Notes: generated by a model from the letters alone, not told the origin. 64,000 nt of DNA from an uncultured Lysobacteraceae bacterium (GCA_937897645.1 CALCNV010000140.1:110872-174871); one strand, 5' to 3'; positions 50,978 through 61,386 are shown, counted from the stretch's first letter. A program made the numbers and translations.

Positions 50978-51379
50978 ATGAACCTGCCCCTGCACAACGG
51001 CTTCCTGGGTGTCATGGAGGCAGGTCTCATCGCCTTGCTGATTGGCATGCTGGCCTATGGCCTGTTGCGCTGGATCGTGCGGGCACTGGGAGGATCAACG
51101 GGGCACGCCTTGGGCTGGGCATGCGTGCTGGCGGTGGCTGTCGCGGCCGGCGTGGATGCATGGAACATGTTCTCGCTGGGCATGATGAAGCTTGAGTCGC
51201 CGTTGTATGCACGTCTGGCGCTCGAAGGCATCCACGATCCCGCTTCACTGGGCGCGCGCGTTGTCTTCCAGGTGGTGGGCGCGCTTGCCGGCGTAGGACT
51301 CGGTTGGCTGCTGTTCACCGGCGGATGGCGTGACGATGATGTGGCGGATGCTGATAAAAGCGCCAGCGGTCCCGACTGA
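50978..51379 (+). CDS. Hypothetical membrane protein
   Basis: Three TM segments; IHDP motif. Confidence 0.7.
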   Translation: MNLPLHNGFLGVMEAGLIALLIGMLAYGLLRWIVRALGGSTGHALGWACVLAVAVAAGVDAWNMFSLGMMKLESPLYARLALEGIHDPASLGARVVFQVVGALAGVGLGWLLFTGGWRDDDVADADKSASGPD

Positions 51380-51577
51380 AGCAACGACCGCGTCACGCAG
51401 TAACGGGCACGTCACCCGCGTCTAACGAACGGATAACTTGATGCCTAGCTGCTCGCAATGCGCGCGTGGTTAACGCGACGTGCATGCGCAAATCCAGGCA
51501 GGGTATTGGTTCAGCCGCTGCTTTGCATGGTGGATTCGTGCAGTCAGTAGGCACTCCCCATTCAACGGAGCAACAAC

Positions 51578-51982
51578 ATGATCAACAACCTCAACCGCAA
51601 GTCCACGCTTGGCCTCATCGCCCTCTCCGCCGCCTTTGCAATGCCGATGGCCTTTGCACAGAGTGATACCGAAGCACAGGCCACGCCGCCGCAGACCGAG
51701 CAGCCAACCCCGACCGAAGCCGCGCCGCCTGCCGAAAGCGCAACCGGTGCTGCTGACCAGTCCACTGAACAGGCCAGCGGTGCGGCCAGCACCAGCGGCA
51801 AGCCTGGTTGGGATCAGCTGGATGCCGACAAGGACGGCGCAATCAGCAAGACGGAAGCGGCCACCAATGCCGGCCTGTCGCAAATATTCGACCAGGCCGA
51901 TGCCGATACCAACGGCGCGCTGACCACCGAAGAGTACAAGGCGTTCGTGAGCAAGCACTACGGCGAGCCGAAGACCAAGTAA
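51578..51982 (+). CDS. Secreted EF-hand protein
   Basis: Signal peptide; DADKDGAISKTE and DADTNGALTTEE loops. Confidence 0.88.
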   Translation: MINNLNRKSTLGLIALSAAFAMPMAFAQSDTEAQATPPQTEQPTPTEAAPPAESATGAADQSTEQASGAASTSGKPGWDQLDADKDGAISKTEAATNAGLSQIFDQADADTNGALTTEEYKAFVSKHYGEPKTK

Positions 51983-52036
51983 GTCCGGCAAGCCACGTCC
52001 AGGCAAGGACTGATGGCCGATAAGGGATATCGGGTG

Positions 52037-52067
52037 GAAGAGGGTGGCGCAAGCCACCCTTTTCTTT
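52037..52067 (+). terminator. Intrinsic terminator
   Basis: GAAGAGGGTGGC-GCAA-GCCACCCTTTTC-TTT. Confidence 0.8.
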
Positions 52068-52118
52068 ACGCGCCTCGCCGCTGCTATCCTGCAAGCTGGT
52101 TGCAGTGGATGACAGACG

Positions 52119-52844
52119 GTGATGGGCGGGATCGAATGGATCGGTTTTGATGGCGACGACACGCTGTGGAAGAGCGAGGATTACTACCGCGCCGCTGAAC
52201 TCGAATTCGAGGGCATCATCGGCCAATACATCGACCTGACCGATGCGCGCACGTTGCAGCACTTGCTGGAAGTGGAGCGACGCAACCTGAAAATATTTGG
52301 CTACGGCGCAAAGGGCATGACCCTCTCGATGATCGAGTCCGCCGTGCAGCTTACCGGCGAACGCATCAGTGCCCGTGACATCCATCGGGTGATCGAGATC
52401 GGGCGCGCCACGCTGCAGCATCCGGTCGAATTGATCGATGGCATCGCCGAAGCGGTGCAGGCCATCGCGTCGCGGCATGAAATCGTGCTGATCACCAAGG
52501 GCGACCTGTTCCACCAGGAATCGAAGATCCAGCAATCCGGGCTGGCCGACCTCTTCCATCGCATCGAGATCGTATCCGAGAAAGACACCGCGACCTACGC
52601 GCGCGTGCTGCGAGAACTGGACACGGCGGCGGACCGTTTCGTCATGATCGGCAATTCCCTGCGTTCGGATATCGAACCCGTGGTGGCGCTGGGTGGATGG
52701 GGCGTCTATGTTCCGTATCACATTACCTGGGCGCATGAGTCCGAGCACTCGATTGCCGAGGGCGAGCCGCGTATGCTGCAAGTGACGTCGGCGCATACGC
52801 TGGCGTCGGCGATCGACAGGATCACCGGCCTGGCCGGCGGCTGA
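52119..52844 (+). CDS. HAD-family hydrolase
   Basis: FDGDDTLW, ITKGDL, MIGNSLRSDI. Confidence 0.9.
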   Translation: MMGGIEWIGFDGDDTLWKSEDYYRAAELEFEGIIGQYIDLTDARTLQHLLEVERRNLKIFGYGAKGMTLSMIESAVQLTGERISARDIHRVIEIGRATLQHPVELIDGIAEAVQAIASRHEIVLITKGDLFHQESKIQQSGLADLFHRIEIVSEKDTATYARVLRELDTAADRFVMIGNSLRSDIEPVVALGGWGVYVPYHITWAHESEHSIAEGEPRMLQVTSAHTLASAIDRITGLAGG

Positions 52845-52896
52845 CACGGATTTCTACAACACTGGCATTCGCATGCCAAGAATCAAAGGAGAAGTT

Positions 52897-53652
52897 ATGG
52901 AAAACTTTGCCCGGATGTTCATGATCGTTTGCTTTTGCCTGCTCGTCGTGGCGATGCCTGCAGCGGCAGGTCAAGCGCCCAAGGAGGCCAGCGCGTGGAT
53001 GCGTGCACGTATCGCCCTGGACGCGAATGGCAAGCTGGACAGTATTGAGTGGCTGAACACAAAGCCTGGTGACCGGGTCATCACCGCGCGGCTGGAGGAC
53101 GAGGTGCGTCGTTGGGAATTCGAGCCGGGTTCCGTCAACGGTGTCCCAGTGGCGACCGAAACCGGCTTGACCATGCAGGTGACGGTGAAGCCGAACGCCG
53201 AGGGCGGCATGGCGGTGGGCATCGGCAGTGCCAGGACGGGAGCGATGAGTCGGTCGCAGGATCCGCCGCGTTACCCGGTTGATGAGGCGAGGAATGGCAA
53301 TCAGGCGCTGCTGGAACTCCAGGTGGACACCGACGTGTCCGGGAATGTCATCTCTGCAAAGGTGGTGGGATTCGAGGGCAGTTCGAAATCAAAGTATTCG
53401 CGCCAGAACTTCGAGAAGTCCGCCTTGGAAATCGCCAAGGCCTGGACCTTCCAGACGGAGCAGGTAGGCGGAATACGCCAGCCAGCCTCAATGCGCGTGC
53501 CCATTTCGTTTTGCATGGATGACTGGTGTGGTCGCAAGCAAGCCGAGTTGGCCTCCAGGAGCCAACTTGCGGCGGACGCCCCTGGCAACATGGCGGTGGC
53601 ACTGAGCAGCGCGGTGAAGATCAAGGCCCGCACCGCAGAGGGCGATATCTGA
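52897..53652 (+). CDS. TonB-C-terminal-domain protein (tandem domains, signal peptide)
   Basis: PPRYP...G, W.F.P...NG.PV, W.F..E.VGG. Confidence 0.75.
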   Translation: MENFARMFMIVCFCLLVVAMPAAAGQAPKEASAWMRARIALDANGKLDSIEWLNTKPGDRVITARLEDEVRRWEFEPGSVNGVPVATETGLTMQVTVKPNAEGGMAVGIGSARTGAMSRSQDPPRYPVDEARNGNQALLELQVDTDVSGNVISAKVVGFEGSSKSKYSRQNFEKSALEIAKAWTFQTEQVGGIRQPASMRVPISFCMDDWCGRKQAELASRSQLAADAPGNMAVALSSAVKIKARTAEGDI

Positions 53653-53685
53653 TGAAGCGCCACGATTGAAGCGAGGAGCGAGGTA

Positions 53686-54201
53686 ATGCTGCTGGTTCCT
53701 GACCGCCCTGTAGCCCGCTTCGAAGCGCGCCGTCGCGCGCATGGAGTGAATGCCTTAGCGTTGCGCGTAGTCCTCTCGCTTTGCCTGTGCACGATCAGCG
53801 TCACGGCCGTGCACGCCCAGGAGGCCGAAGCATTCGAACCACGCAGTGGCGATGCCTGGACGGATCGCCATCTGTCCGACATCAACGCGTATGCCGCGCG
53901 CTATCCGCAGAGTTTCCTGGATGAAGTCGCGCGTTACTACGGCGTGTCCAGGGCGTATGCAGAATCGCTGGTGCAGCAGCCCGCATGGGAGCCCGCCGAC
54001 GTGTTGATGGCGTGTGCGCTTGCAAAGACCTTGACCCAGCCGTGTCGTGCGGTGGTGCGCGAATGGTCGATGGATCATTCGGAAGGGTGGGCGGGCGTGG
54101 CCAAGCGTTTGGAGGACCAGCCGGATGCAAAACAGACCCGCGCGATCCGCGAGCAGATAGAAGCAAGTTATTCGCGTTGGGCGCGGCCTCTGGTGGATTG
54201 A
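53686..54201 (+). CDS. Exported hypothetical protein
   Basis: Signal-like segment; GD.W.D..L.DIN.YA; true start may be GTG at 53746. Confidence 0.65.
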   Translation: MLLVPDRPVARFEARRRAHGVNALALRVVLSLCLCTISVTAVHAQEAEAFEPRSGDAWTDRHLSDINAYAARYPQSFLDEVARYYGVSRAYAESLVQQPAWEPADVLMACALAKTLTQPCRAVVREWSMDHSEGWAGVAKRLEDQPDAKQTRAIREQIEASYSRWARPLVD

Positions 54202-54217
54202 GGTCCAACGAAAGGCT

Positions 54218-54239
54218 TCGCGACTTACGTCGCTCCTAC
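54218..54239. repeat. Single REP (GTAGGAGCGACGTAAGTCGCGA family)
   Basis: tcgcgacttacgtcgctcctac. Confidence 0.85.
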
Positions 54240-54261
54240 GACAGCCGGTTCTACAAGATGG

Positions 54262-55383
54262 TTATGGTTGCTTGCGGTAGTTGATCAGCAATACCAGGTC
54301 TTCTTCGCCGGTCTGGCGGATGCCGTGGGTGCTGCCGGGCCGGGTCAGCATGGCGCTACCCGGGCCCACCTCATGGTTCTTTCCGTCGAGCGTGTAGATA
54401 CCCGTGCCGCTGATGACGTAATACACCTCGTCCTTGTCGTGCTGGTGGAAGCCGATGCTGGCGCCGGGATGCAGCACGCGTTTGCGGGATTCGAAGGAGG
54501 TACCCGGTGCGTCCTTGAAGAACGGATAGGCGGTGGTTTCGCCAGTGCCGCCGTGCGGGCCGGGCTGCTTGGTCGCGATGTCACGCTCGTGGATCACCAG
54601 GGACGGATTGGCCTGGGTCGCGCGGTCCGTCAGCGCGGTGGCACGCGCGCCGCAATCGGTGTCGCGTATCACGTGGTCTTTCAAGGCAGGATCCAGCGCC
54701 TTCCAGCCTGCGACCACAAGGCAAGCCACGGTGAGTGCGCCGCTGCGCTGCAGGTGCGTGTCGTCGGTCTGGTTTTTCTCAGGCACATGCATGAAGAAAT
54801 CTTTCGACGGCACGTCGCCCAGCGCGCGCAGCCAGTTCATGCTGTCGGCATTCAAGTCGATCAGGCCCACTTGCTCGCGCTTGGCCAGGTCACGCACGGA
54901 CTGGCTGTAGAGCCCATGCGTATCCAGCAACTGGCCGTGGTCGAACTTGCGTCGGGCCAGTGGCGTGATCAGGATAGGAGTCGCGCCCTTCTCGCGCGCC
55001 AACGTGATGTAGCGCATCAACCATTGCGGGAAGGCCTGGGTCGGCTCGTTGTAGCGGGTAGGGTCTTCGATCTTTTCGTCGTTGTGGCCGAACTGGATCA
55101 GGAGTACGTCGCCCTGCTTCAACTCCTTGGCGATGCCATCGAACCATCCCTGCTCGATGAAGCTGCGCGAGCTGCGACCGCTCTGTGCGTGGTTGCGGAC
55201 CACGAACGCATCCTTGTCGAGGTAGGTCTGCAGCTGCTGGCCCCAGCCTTCGCGCGGCGCACGGTCGGGACCGTACTGGCTGGCCGTGGAATCACCAGCG
55301 ATGAAGACCTGGCGGACCGGCTCCGCCGCATAAGCGGAGCAGGCCGTGATCGAGAGCGTCAGGAAGAGTGTCAACTTCAGCAT
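54262..55383 (-). CDS. Rhamnogalacturonan/pectin acetylesterase (SGNH, CE12) fused to C-terminal cupin
   Basis: AGDST, GWGQ, GRSSRSF, QFGHND, DDTH; cupin H.H..DEVYYV.SG.G...HG. Confidence 0.88.
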   Translation of the reverse strand: MLKLTLFLTLSITACSAYAAEPVRQVFIAGDSTASQYGPDRAPREGWGQQLQTYLDKDAFVVRNHAQSGRSSRSFIEQGWFDGIAKELKQGDVLLIQFGHNDEKIEDPTRYNEPTQAFPQWLMRYITLAREKGATPILITPLARRKFDHGQLLDTHGLYSQSVRDLAKREQVGLIDLNADSMNWLRALGDVPSKDFFMHVPEKNQTDDTHLQRSGALTVACLVVAGWKALDPALKDHVIRDTDCGARATALTDRATQANPSLVIHERDIATKQPGPHGGTGETTAYPFFKDAPGTSFESRKRVLHPGASIGFHQHDKDEVYYVISGTGIYTLDGKNHEVGPGSAMLTRPGSTHGIRQTGEEDLVLLINYRKQP

Positions 55384-55420
55384 GTCGTCTCGCCTTGCAG
55401 AAAAACTGGACCAAGGATTC

Positions 55421-55494
55421 GTAGGAGCGCCCCCTGGGCGCGATGCTCTTGCGTCGACGTGTCGAAGAGCATCGCGCCCAGGGGGCGCTCCTAC
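55421..55494. repeat. REP doublet (GTAGGAGCGCCCCCTGGGCGCGATG)
   Basis: Near-perfect inverted pair, same family as 4816-4895. Confidence 0.9.
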
Positions 55495-55504
55495 AAGGTC
55501 GTGC

Positions 55505-56263
55505 TCAGCGTGCCAGCCAGCCGCCGTCGACCGGGATGACGGCGCCGTTGACGTAGTCGGACGCACGCGAGGCCAGGAACACCGCGGTGCCGCCCAGGTC
55601 GGCCGGCTCGCCCCAGCGTGCGGCGGGGATGCGGTCCAAGATGGCCTTGTTGCGGTCGGCATCGGCACGCAACTGCGCGGTGTTGTCGGTGGCCATGTAA
55701 CCGGGCGCGATGGCATTGATGTTGATGCCCTTGTTGGCCCACTCATTGGCCAGCAGGCGGGTGATGCCGGCGATGCCGGACTTGCTGGCCGTGTAGGAGG
55801 GCACGCGCACGCCGCCCTGGAACGACAGCATGGACGCGATGTTGATGATCTTGCCGTGGCCCTGGGCGATGAAATGCTTGCCTGCGGCCTGCGACATGAA
55901 GAAGGCGCCCTTGATATTGACGTTCATCACGTCATCCCAGTCTTTTTCGCTGAATTCCACCGCGTCGGCGCGACGGATCAGGCCCGCGTTGTTGACCAGG
56001 ATATCCAGGCCGCCCAGCCCGGCAAGCGTTTCGGCAATGATGCGATCGACTGGCTCGATGCTGATCAGGTTGGCTTCGATGTTGATGAAGCGGCGGCCGA
56101 GTGCTTTCACTTTTTCTTCGGTCTCGGTCGCGGCCACGATGCCGGCAGCTGCGATGTCCGCACCGGCTTCGGCCAGCGCCAGTGCGATGCCCTGGCCCAG
56201 GCCCGTGTTGGCACCGGTGACCAGTGCGACCTTGCCTTCCAGGTTGAATGCATTGCTTGCCAT
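55505..56263 (-). CDS. kduD: 2-dehydro-3-deoxy-D-gluconate 5-dehydrogenase
   Basis: SDR TGANTGLG, IASMLSFQGG.RVPSYTASK, APGYMAT.NT. Confidence 0.95.
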   Translation of the reverse strand: MASNAFNLEGKVALVTGANTGLGQGIALALAEAGADIAAAGIVAATETEEKVKALGRRFINIEANLISIEPVDRIIAETLAGLGGLDILVNNAGLIRRADAVEFSEKDWDDVMNVNIKGAFFMSQAAGKHFIAQGHGKIINIASMLSFQGGVRVPSYTASKSGIAGITRLLANEWANKGININAIAPGYMATDNTAQLRADADRNKAILDRIPAARWGEPADLGGTAVFLASRASDYVNGAVIPVDGGWLAR

Positions 56264-56303
56264 GTGAATCCCCTCGGTTGGATGCGTTGCGTGGGTGTCG
56301 TGT

Positions 56304-56414
56304 GTAGAGCCGAGCTTGCTCGGCTGTTTTCGGGTTTCCGGGTGAGGCTTCTGCCGAGCAAGCTCGGCACTACAAAGATCGGGTAAGGCTTTAGCCGAGC
56401 AAGCTCGGCTCTAC
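56304..56414. repeat. REP cluster (CCGAGCTTGCTCGG family, 3 units)
   Basis: Units at 56304-56326, 56353-56373 and 56393-56414. Confidence 0.9.
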
Positions 56415-56440
56415 AACAATGCAGCCGGCCGACGTGGCCA

Positions 56441-57289
56441 TTACTTGAGCTGGCAGATGTCCAGCACGTTCATGTCGGTGTAGTCCAGGTTCTCGCCGCC
56501 CATCGCCCAGATGAAGCAGTAGTTGCTGGTGCCCGAGCCCATGTGGATGGACCACGGCGGAGAGACCACGGCTTCGCCATCGGCCACCACGATGTGGCGC
56601 TGCGCGTCGGGTTCGCCCATGAAGTGGTAGATGCGGTCGTTGTCGCCCAGGTCGAAGTAGAAATAGACTTCGCTACGGCGATCGTGCAGATGGGGCGGCA
56701 TGGTGTTCCACACGCTGCCGGTCTTGAGCACGGTCAGGCCCAGCAGCAGCTGCGAGGACTGGCAGGTGGCCGGCACGATGTACTGGTAGATGGTGCGTTC
56801 ATTGCTGGTTTCCAGCGCGCCGCGTTCCAGCGACACCGCGTTGGCGATGGCCAACTGCTTGGTTTCGAAACGTGCGTGCGCAGGCGTGGAGGTCAGGTAG
56901 AACTTGGCCGGGTTGGCGGCGTCGCTGGAGGCGAAGCTCACGTCTGCGCTGCCCATGGCCACGTACAGGCCATCCTTCGGGCCGAGCGTGTACGCGGTGC
57001 CGTCCACGGTGACCGTGCCTTCACCGCCGCCGACGTTGATCACGCCCAGTTCGCGGCGTTCCAGGAACGGCTTGCCCGCCGCCGAAGCCGGCTCGGTCTG
57101 GCGCGGCAGGTCCACGGCCTTCGACACGGGCGAGGCGCCGCCAATCACGAAGCGCTCGTTGTGCGAGTAGTTCAACTGCACGGTATCGGCCACGAACAGG
57201 CCGCTGATCAGGTAACGGTCGCGCAGCTGGTCGTTGCTGGCGCCGTCCATCATGTCGGGGTGGGTGGCGTGGTAGGTCTTGCAGTACAT
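56441..57289 (-). CDS. kduI: 5-dehydro-4-deoxy-D-glucuronate isomerase
   Basis: [39 protein letters not shown]. Confidence 0.95.
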   Translation of the reverse strand: MYCKTYHATHPDMMDGASNDQLRDRYLISGLFVADTVQLNYSHNERFVIGGASPVSKAVDLPRQTEPASAAGKPFLERRELGVINVGGGEGTVTVDGTAYTLGPKDGLYVAMGSADVSFASSDAANPAKFYLTSTPAHARFETKQLAIANAVSLERGALETSNERTIYQYIVPATCQSSQLLLGLTVLKTGSVWNTMPPHLHDRRSEVYFYFDLGDNDRIYHFMGEPDAQRHIVVADGEAVVSPPWSIHMGSGTSNYCFIWAMGGENLDYTDMNVLDICQLK

Positions 57290-57346
57290 GGGCGGGCTCC
57301 GGACGGGGTGTGGCGGGCTAGGTCCGCCAATGCAGGGATTGGGTGA

Positions 57347-57377
57347 GTCTAGACGTTTTGGCTACCGGTGTCATTTT
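57347..57377 (-). promoter_or_regulatory. kduI promoter with overlapping LacI-type operator
   Basis: Minus strand ATGACA-N17-TAGACT; ACCGGT-centred pseudo-palindrome TGACACCGGTAGCCA overlaps the -35. Confidence 0.55.
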
Positions 57378-57521
57378 GCATTGCGGCAGGGGTCGTGGAG
57401 CGGTAAAGGGTCAAGAGTGAATGGCCAAGTGGACAGTACGGCGACCTGGCGCTGCATCGGCCTTGGGAGGCCAATAGGGCGTCGCTGTTCCTCTTTACCC
57501 TTTGCTATTCACCCTTTTCGG

Positions 57522-58580
57522 CTACTCAGGTGGCTGGCAGGAATCGCGGATCACCAGGTGCGGGCGCACGCTGGCGGCGGACAGGACGGCGGCCGAGGCA
57601 TCCGGCTGTACCAGCATGGAGGCGGCGATGCGGCCGGTGTCGCGGGTGGGGCGGCGCACGGTGGTCAGCGAGGGCCACAGGCGCGAGGCCAATGGGCTGT
57701 CATCAAAACCCACCACCGACAATTGCTGCGGAATGTTGATGCCCGAACGCATCGCGACCTTGTACACGCCAGCCGCCATTTCGTCGTTCCCGGTGAAGAT
57801 CGCGGTCGGCCTGTTCTTGCCGGCGAGCAGTTTTTCGGCGGCGGAGACACCGGACTCGAAGGTGTAACCGGCTTCGATGATGCGTGACTTCTGCAACTCC
57901 ATGCCGTAGCGCGCCAAACCGCCCACGAAGCCCGCCGTGCGTTCCAGTGCCGAGCGGTAGTTGTTGGGGCCGGTGATCAGGGCAATGTCACGGTGGCCGA
58001 GCATGTGCAGGTAATCCGCGGCTTCGGCGGCGCCGTCCCGGTCGTGGGTCACTACCATGCGCGACATGTCGTCCATGGCCACGGGCGCGATGCGCACGTA
58101 GCGGCAGCCGATGTCCAGCAGCATGTCGGCCAGCGCCTGGTCCTCGGACACGCGTGGCACCAGCAGCACGCCGTGCAGCTTCTGTTGCTGGGCGAACTTG
58201 CGCACGCCGTCGATGTAATTGGGGCTGCGGCTGTCGCAGGGATGCACCACCAGCTCGAAGCCGGAATCGCGCATGGCATCCAGCGCGCCGTATTGCAGGT
58301 TGACGATGTACTGCGCGGTCGGGTTGTCGTAGACCATGCCGATCAGGAACGACTTGCGAAAGGCCAGGCCGCGCGCCATCGGGTCGGGCGAGTAGCCGAC
58401 TTCGCGCATCAGCGCCTCGACTTTCTCGCGTGTGTCCTTACGCACCAGTGGCGAGTTGTTGATGATGCGCGACACCGTCTTCTTGGACACGCCGGACAAC
58501 CGCGCGATGTCATTGATGGTCGATGCCTTGCCGGATGCGGCGGCAAGTGCGGTTTTCTCGGGCGGCTTTCGCGCGGGCAT
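57522..58580 (-). CDS. LacI-family regulator
   Basis: TINDIARLSGVSKKTVSR.IN; PTAIF..ND; SVVGFDD. Confidence 0.95.
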   Translation of the reverse strand: MPARKPPEKTALAAASGKASTINDIARLSGVSKKTVSRIINNSPLVRKDTREKVEALMREVGYSPDPMARGLAFRKSFLIGMVYDNPTAQYIVNLQYGALDAMRDSGFELVVHPCDSRSPNYIDGVRKFAQQQKLHGVLLVPRVSEDQALADMLLDIGCRYVRIAPVAMDDMSRMVVTHDRDGAAEAADYLHMLGHRDIALITGPNNYRSALERTAGFVGGLARYGMELQKSRIIEAGYTFESGVSAAEKLLAGKNRPTAIFTGNDEMAAGVYKVAMRSGINIPQQLSVVGFDDSPLASRLWPSLTTVRRPTRDTGRIAASMLVQPDASAAVLSAASVRPHLVIRDSCQPPE

Positions 58581-58630
58581 GTAGGTCGGTGCCTGGAAGG
58601 TAGGGTGCGGTGGGATTCTAGTCCGTACGC

Positions 58631-60229
58631 TCAGTCAAGCGCGCGGTAGCGGAAATTGTGGAAACGTACCGTGCCCTCGCCGGAGGCATAGATTGCCGGC
58701 TTGAGTGCCAGGAACTTGCCGGCCACGTTGTGATGGTAGCCGGAGACTTCCATCTGCACCGGGTATTTGCTCCAGGCCTTGCCGTCGCGGCTGGAGTGGA
58801 CGGTGACGATATGGCGGTTATTGGTGAGCCGCAGCCAGAGCCGGCTGCCTTCGCCCTCGGGCCGGCCCTGTGGTCGCTCGACGCCGTAGCGATGCAGGTG
58901 GAAGCCCTGGCCATCGAAACCGACGCCCGCGTACAGGCGGTCGCTGTAGAACAGCAGCACGCCGCCGGTGGCACCTGGATCCACTTCCAGCTCCACTTCG
59001 AACTGATAGGCCTGGTCACCGGCTATCACGGTCAGCGGCGACGCGTCTCGCGGTGCGTTGCCCTTGCCTTGCAGGACCAGCGCACCGTCCTTGAAGGACA
59101 CGCGTTGCATTTCATCGGGCGCGGGGTTGAAGAATGCCCACTGGTGGCCGAGGCGGTCGCTGTCGAAGTCGTCGGACAACGCCTGTCCGTGCACGGTCGA
59201 GGGGTCGCTACCGCTGGGCTTGCGCAGTGGTTGGCCAAGGTCGCCACCCTTGGCCACGAACCAGCCATCTTCAGTCCATTCAATCGGGTCGAGCAGTGCC
59301 TGCCGGCCCAGTGTCCAGTACCCGTTTTCGTAGCCGTGGTACATCATCCACCAGCGCCCGTCGGTGCCTTCCACGAGGGTGGCGTGGCCGCGCGACCACC
59401 AGGGTTCGCTGCGGTCGACGGTACGCGTGATCGGATTGTTGGGCGCGTTTTCCCACGGCCCATGGATGGAACGCGAGCGTGCGGTAATCACCATGTGCCC
59501 GGTGGGTGGCCCTGCGGTACCGCCGACAGCGGTGGTCATGTAAAACCAACCGCCGTGGTGGGTGATCTTGGGGCCTTCTTGCGCATACGACTCCACGTCC
59601 CATTCCTCGGGATACTGCCAGCCGTCGTAGACGTGCTTCACTTCACCCACGGTGCTCAGCCCATCATTGGCAAGCTGCACGTAGTCGCCCGCGCTCAGGA
59701 ACAGGTAGCGTTTGCCATCCTCGCCAACCGCGTGGCCGGGGTCGATGTGCTTCGGCAACTTCAGATCAATCGGCTCGCTCCACGGCCCGCGGATGTCGTC
59801 GGCCCAGACCACGTAGTTGCTGCGGCCCTGGTCGGTACGTGCAGGAAAGTAGAGGTAGTAGCGGCCTTCGTGCTTGACCAGGTCAGGCGCCCAGATCGCG
59901 CCGACGTTGGTGGTGATGGCATGGCCAATCGGCTGCCAATTCACCAGATCACGCGAGTGCCAGATCGGCAGACCCGGATACGCATCGAAGGAGGACAGGG
60001 TGAGGTAGTAGTCCTCGCCGTCCTTCAATACCGACGGATCAGGACGATCACCGGCCAACACGGGATTGAGGAAGGTACCGTCGCCGAGGTCAGCGGTTCG
60101 CTGCTGCTCAATGCCTTGCTTCCAGGGCGGAACGGGTGTCGATGATTCGTGTGCAAACAGCGTTGTGGCGGGTAGCGCCAGCGACACGCACATCATCGCG
60201 AGCCTGCAGGCGCGGACCCCCAAGGTCAT
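58631..60229 (-). CDS. GH43 glycoside hydrolase (xylosidase/arabinosidase-like)
   Basis: NPVL.GD.PDPS, S.DLVNW, WAPD, IDP, EGP, GH.TLV. Confidence 0.92.
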   Translation of the reverse strand: MTLGVRACRLAMMCVSLALPATTLFAHESSTPVPPWKQGIEQQRTADLGDGTFLNPVLAGDRPDPSVLKDGEDYYLTLSSFDAYPGLPIWHSRDLVNWQPIGHAITTNVGAIWAPDLVKHEGRYYLYFPARTDQGRSNYVVWADDIRGPWSEPIDLKLPKHIDPGHAVGEDGKRYLFLSAGDYVQLANDGLSTVGEVKHVYDGWQYPEEWDVESYAQEGPKITHHGGWFYMTTAVGGTAGPPTGHMVITARSRSIHGPWENAPNNPITRTVDRSEPWWSRGHATLVEGTDGRWWMMYHGYENGYWTLGRQALLDPIEWTEDGWFVAKGGDLGQPLRKPSGSDPSTVHGQALSDDFDSDRLGHQWAFFNPAPDEMQRVSFKDGALVLQGKGNAPRDASPLTVIAGDQAYQFEVELEVDPGATGGVLLFYSDRLYAGVGFDGQGFHLHRYGVERPQGRPEGEGSRLWLRLTNNRHIVTVHSSRDGKAWSKYPVQMEVSGYHHNVAGKFLALKPAIYASGEGTVRFHNFRYRALD

Positions 60230-61386
60230 GGCGTTGCGGTGGCCCCCGCCGCAATCCGCTTCTGCCACTTGGGGTAGTCCTTGTCCAGGAACTTCTGCGG
60301 CCAGGTGCCGTACCACTCGTACCCGGTGCGGCGTTCGCGCGGGATGTCCGAGTACTTCGCTACGCGCACGCCTTCACGCGTGGCCAGGACCACGCTGTTG
60401 TCCTTCAAGTCGTAGAAGCGCGCCCACAGCGGCGGGGCTTGCGGCTCTTCGACCAGGCGACGGTCAGTGCTCGAGGAATGGTGGGCGAACTTTTCTTCCG
60501 GTGCTTCGAAAGTTTCCAGGCGCAGTCCCTGCAACTGCACCTTGCGCAGCCATGCCACGCCGCCTTCGATGGCGGCAATCACGTCCGGCGAAGGTTGCGG
60601 GATGCGCATCAGGTAGCGCAACGCGGAGACAGTTTCCTGCACCACGATCGCTGGCAGTTCGAACTTGCGGCCCTGCGCGGGCCGCAAAGTAAGGTTGTCG
60701 TATTGACCAGCCCAGCCAGTCAGCACGTCACCTTGGCGCACTTGCAGTTGGAGGATGCAAGCGTCGCCCCGCTGTACTGCCTGCCGGACGCGTTCGCGCG
60801 TGGCGTCGTCAAGGAAGGCGAACGCAGACTCCGGATCCTGCGCCTTTCGCAAGGTGGCCAATACACCTGGGGTTACTTCGTCCGCAAAGGTCACGTAGGG
60901 GTGGTAGGGCTCGGTGCCAGGCACGGTATGTGGCCAGCCGCCACAGCTCGGAATCTGGTGCGCCAGTATGAAATCCAGTCCACGCACGCTGGCGTCGCGA
61001 TAGCGTGTATCGCCAGTACGCGCGAATGCGTTGGCCAGGTAGTCGACCTGGGTATAGACGTTGCGGTTGTCGAAGCTGCCGCCGGTGGTGTCATTCTCAG
61101 CGGCAATGCGTGTTTGTTCCGCCTCGTCCAGGATGCGCAGGAGATCCTGGTTTTCCTTCCAGCCGCCATCCTTGCGCTGGTAACGCAGCAGGTTGTCGGC
61201 AATCTGCGCCACGTCCGATGGAGCGTAGCGCGGATAGTCCTTGCCGTGCTTGTTATGCCAGTGATTGATGCTGTCGGAGAAGCCATCCAGCGGGATGATG
61301 CTTGCATCGCCTGCTGTCGGCTCCGCGGCAGTCGCTGCATGGCAGGCGAGCGCGAGTGCCAGGCCTAATGTAATGCGCGTAATCAA
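60226..61386 (-). CDS. Pectate lyase, PL10 (PelA type)
   Basis: Q..DGGW, FDN, GGWPH, TFAD, WAGQYD...L.PA..R.FE, WARFY, ERR.GY.W; TTG start overlaps the dctM stop. Confidence 0.9.
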   Translation of the reverse strand: MITRITLGLALALACHAATAAEPTAGDASIIPLDGFSDSINHWHNKHGKDYPRYAPSDVAQIADNLLRYQRKDGGWKENQDLLRILDEAEQTRIAAENDTTGGSFDNRNVYTQVDYLANAFARTGDTRYRDASVRGLDFILAHQIPSCGGWPHTVPGTEPYHPYVTFADEVTPGVLATLRKAQDPESAFAFLDDATRERVRQAVQRGDACILQLQVRQGDVLTGWAGQYDNLTLRPAQGRKFELPAIVVQETVSALRYLMRIPQPSPDVIAAIEGGVAWLRKVQLQGLRLETFEAPEEKFAHHSSSTDRRLVEEPQAPPLWARFYDLKDNSVVLATREGVRVAKYSDIPRERRTGYEWYGTWPQKFLDKDYPKWQKRIAAGATATP

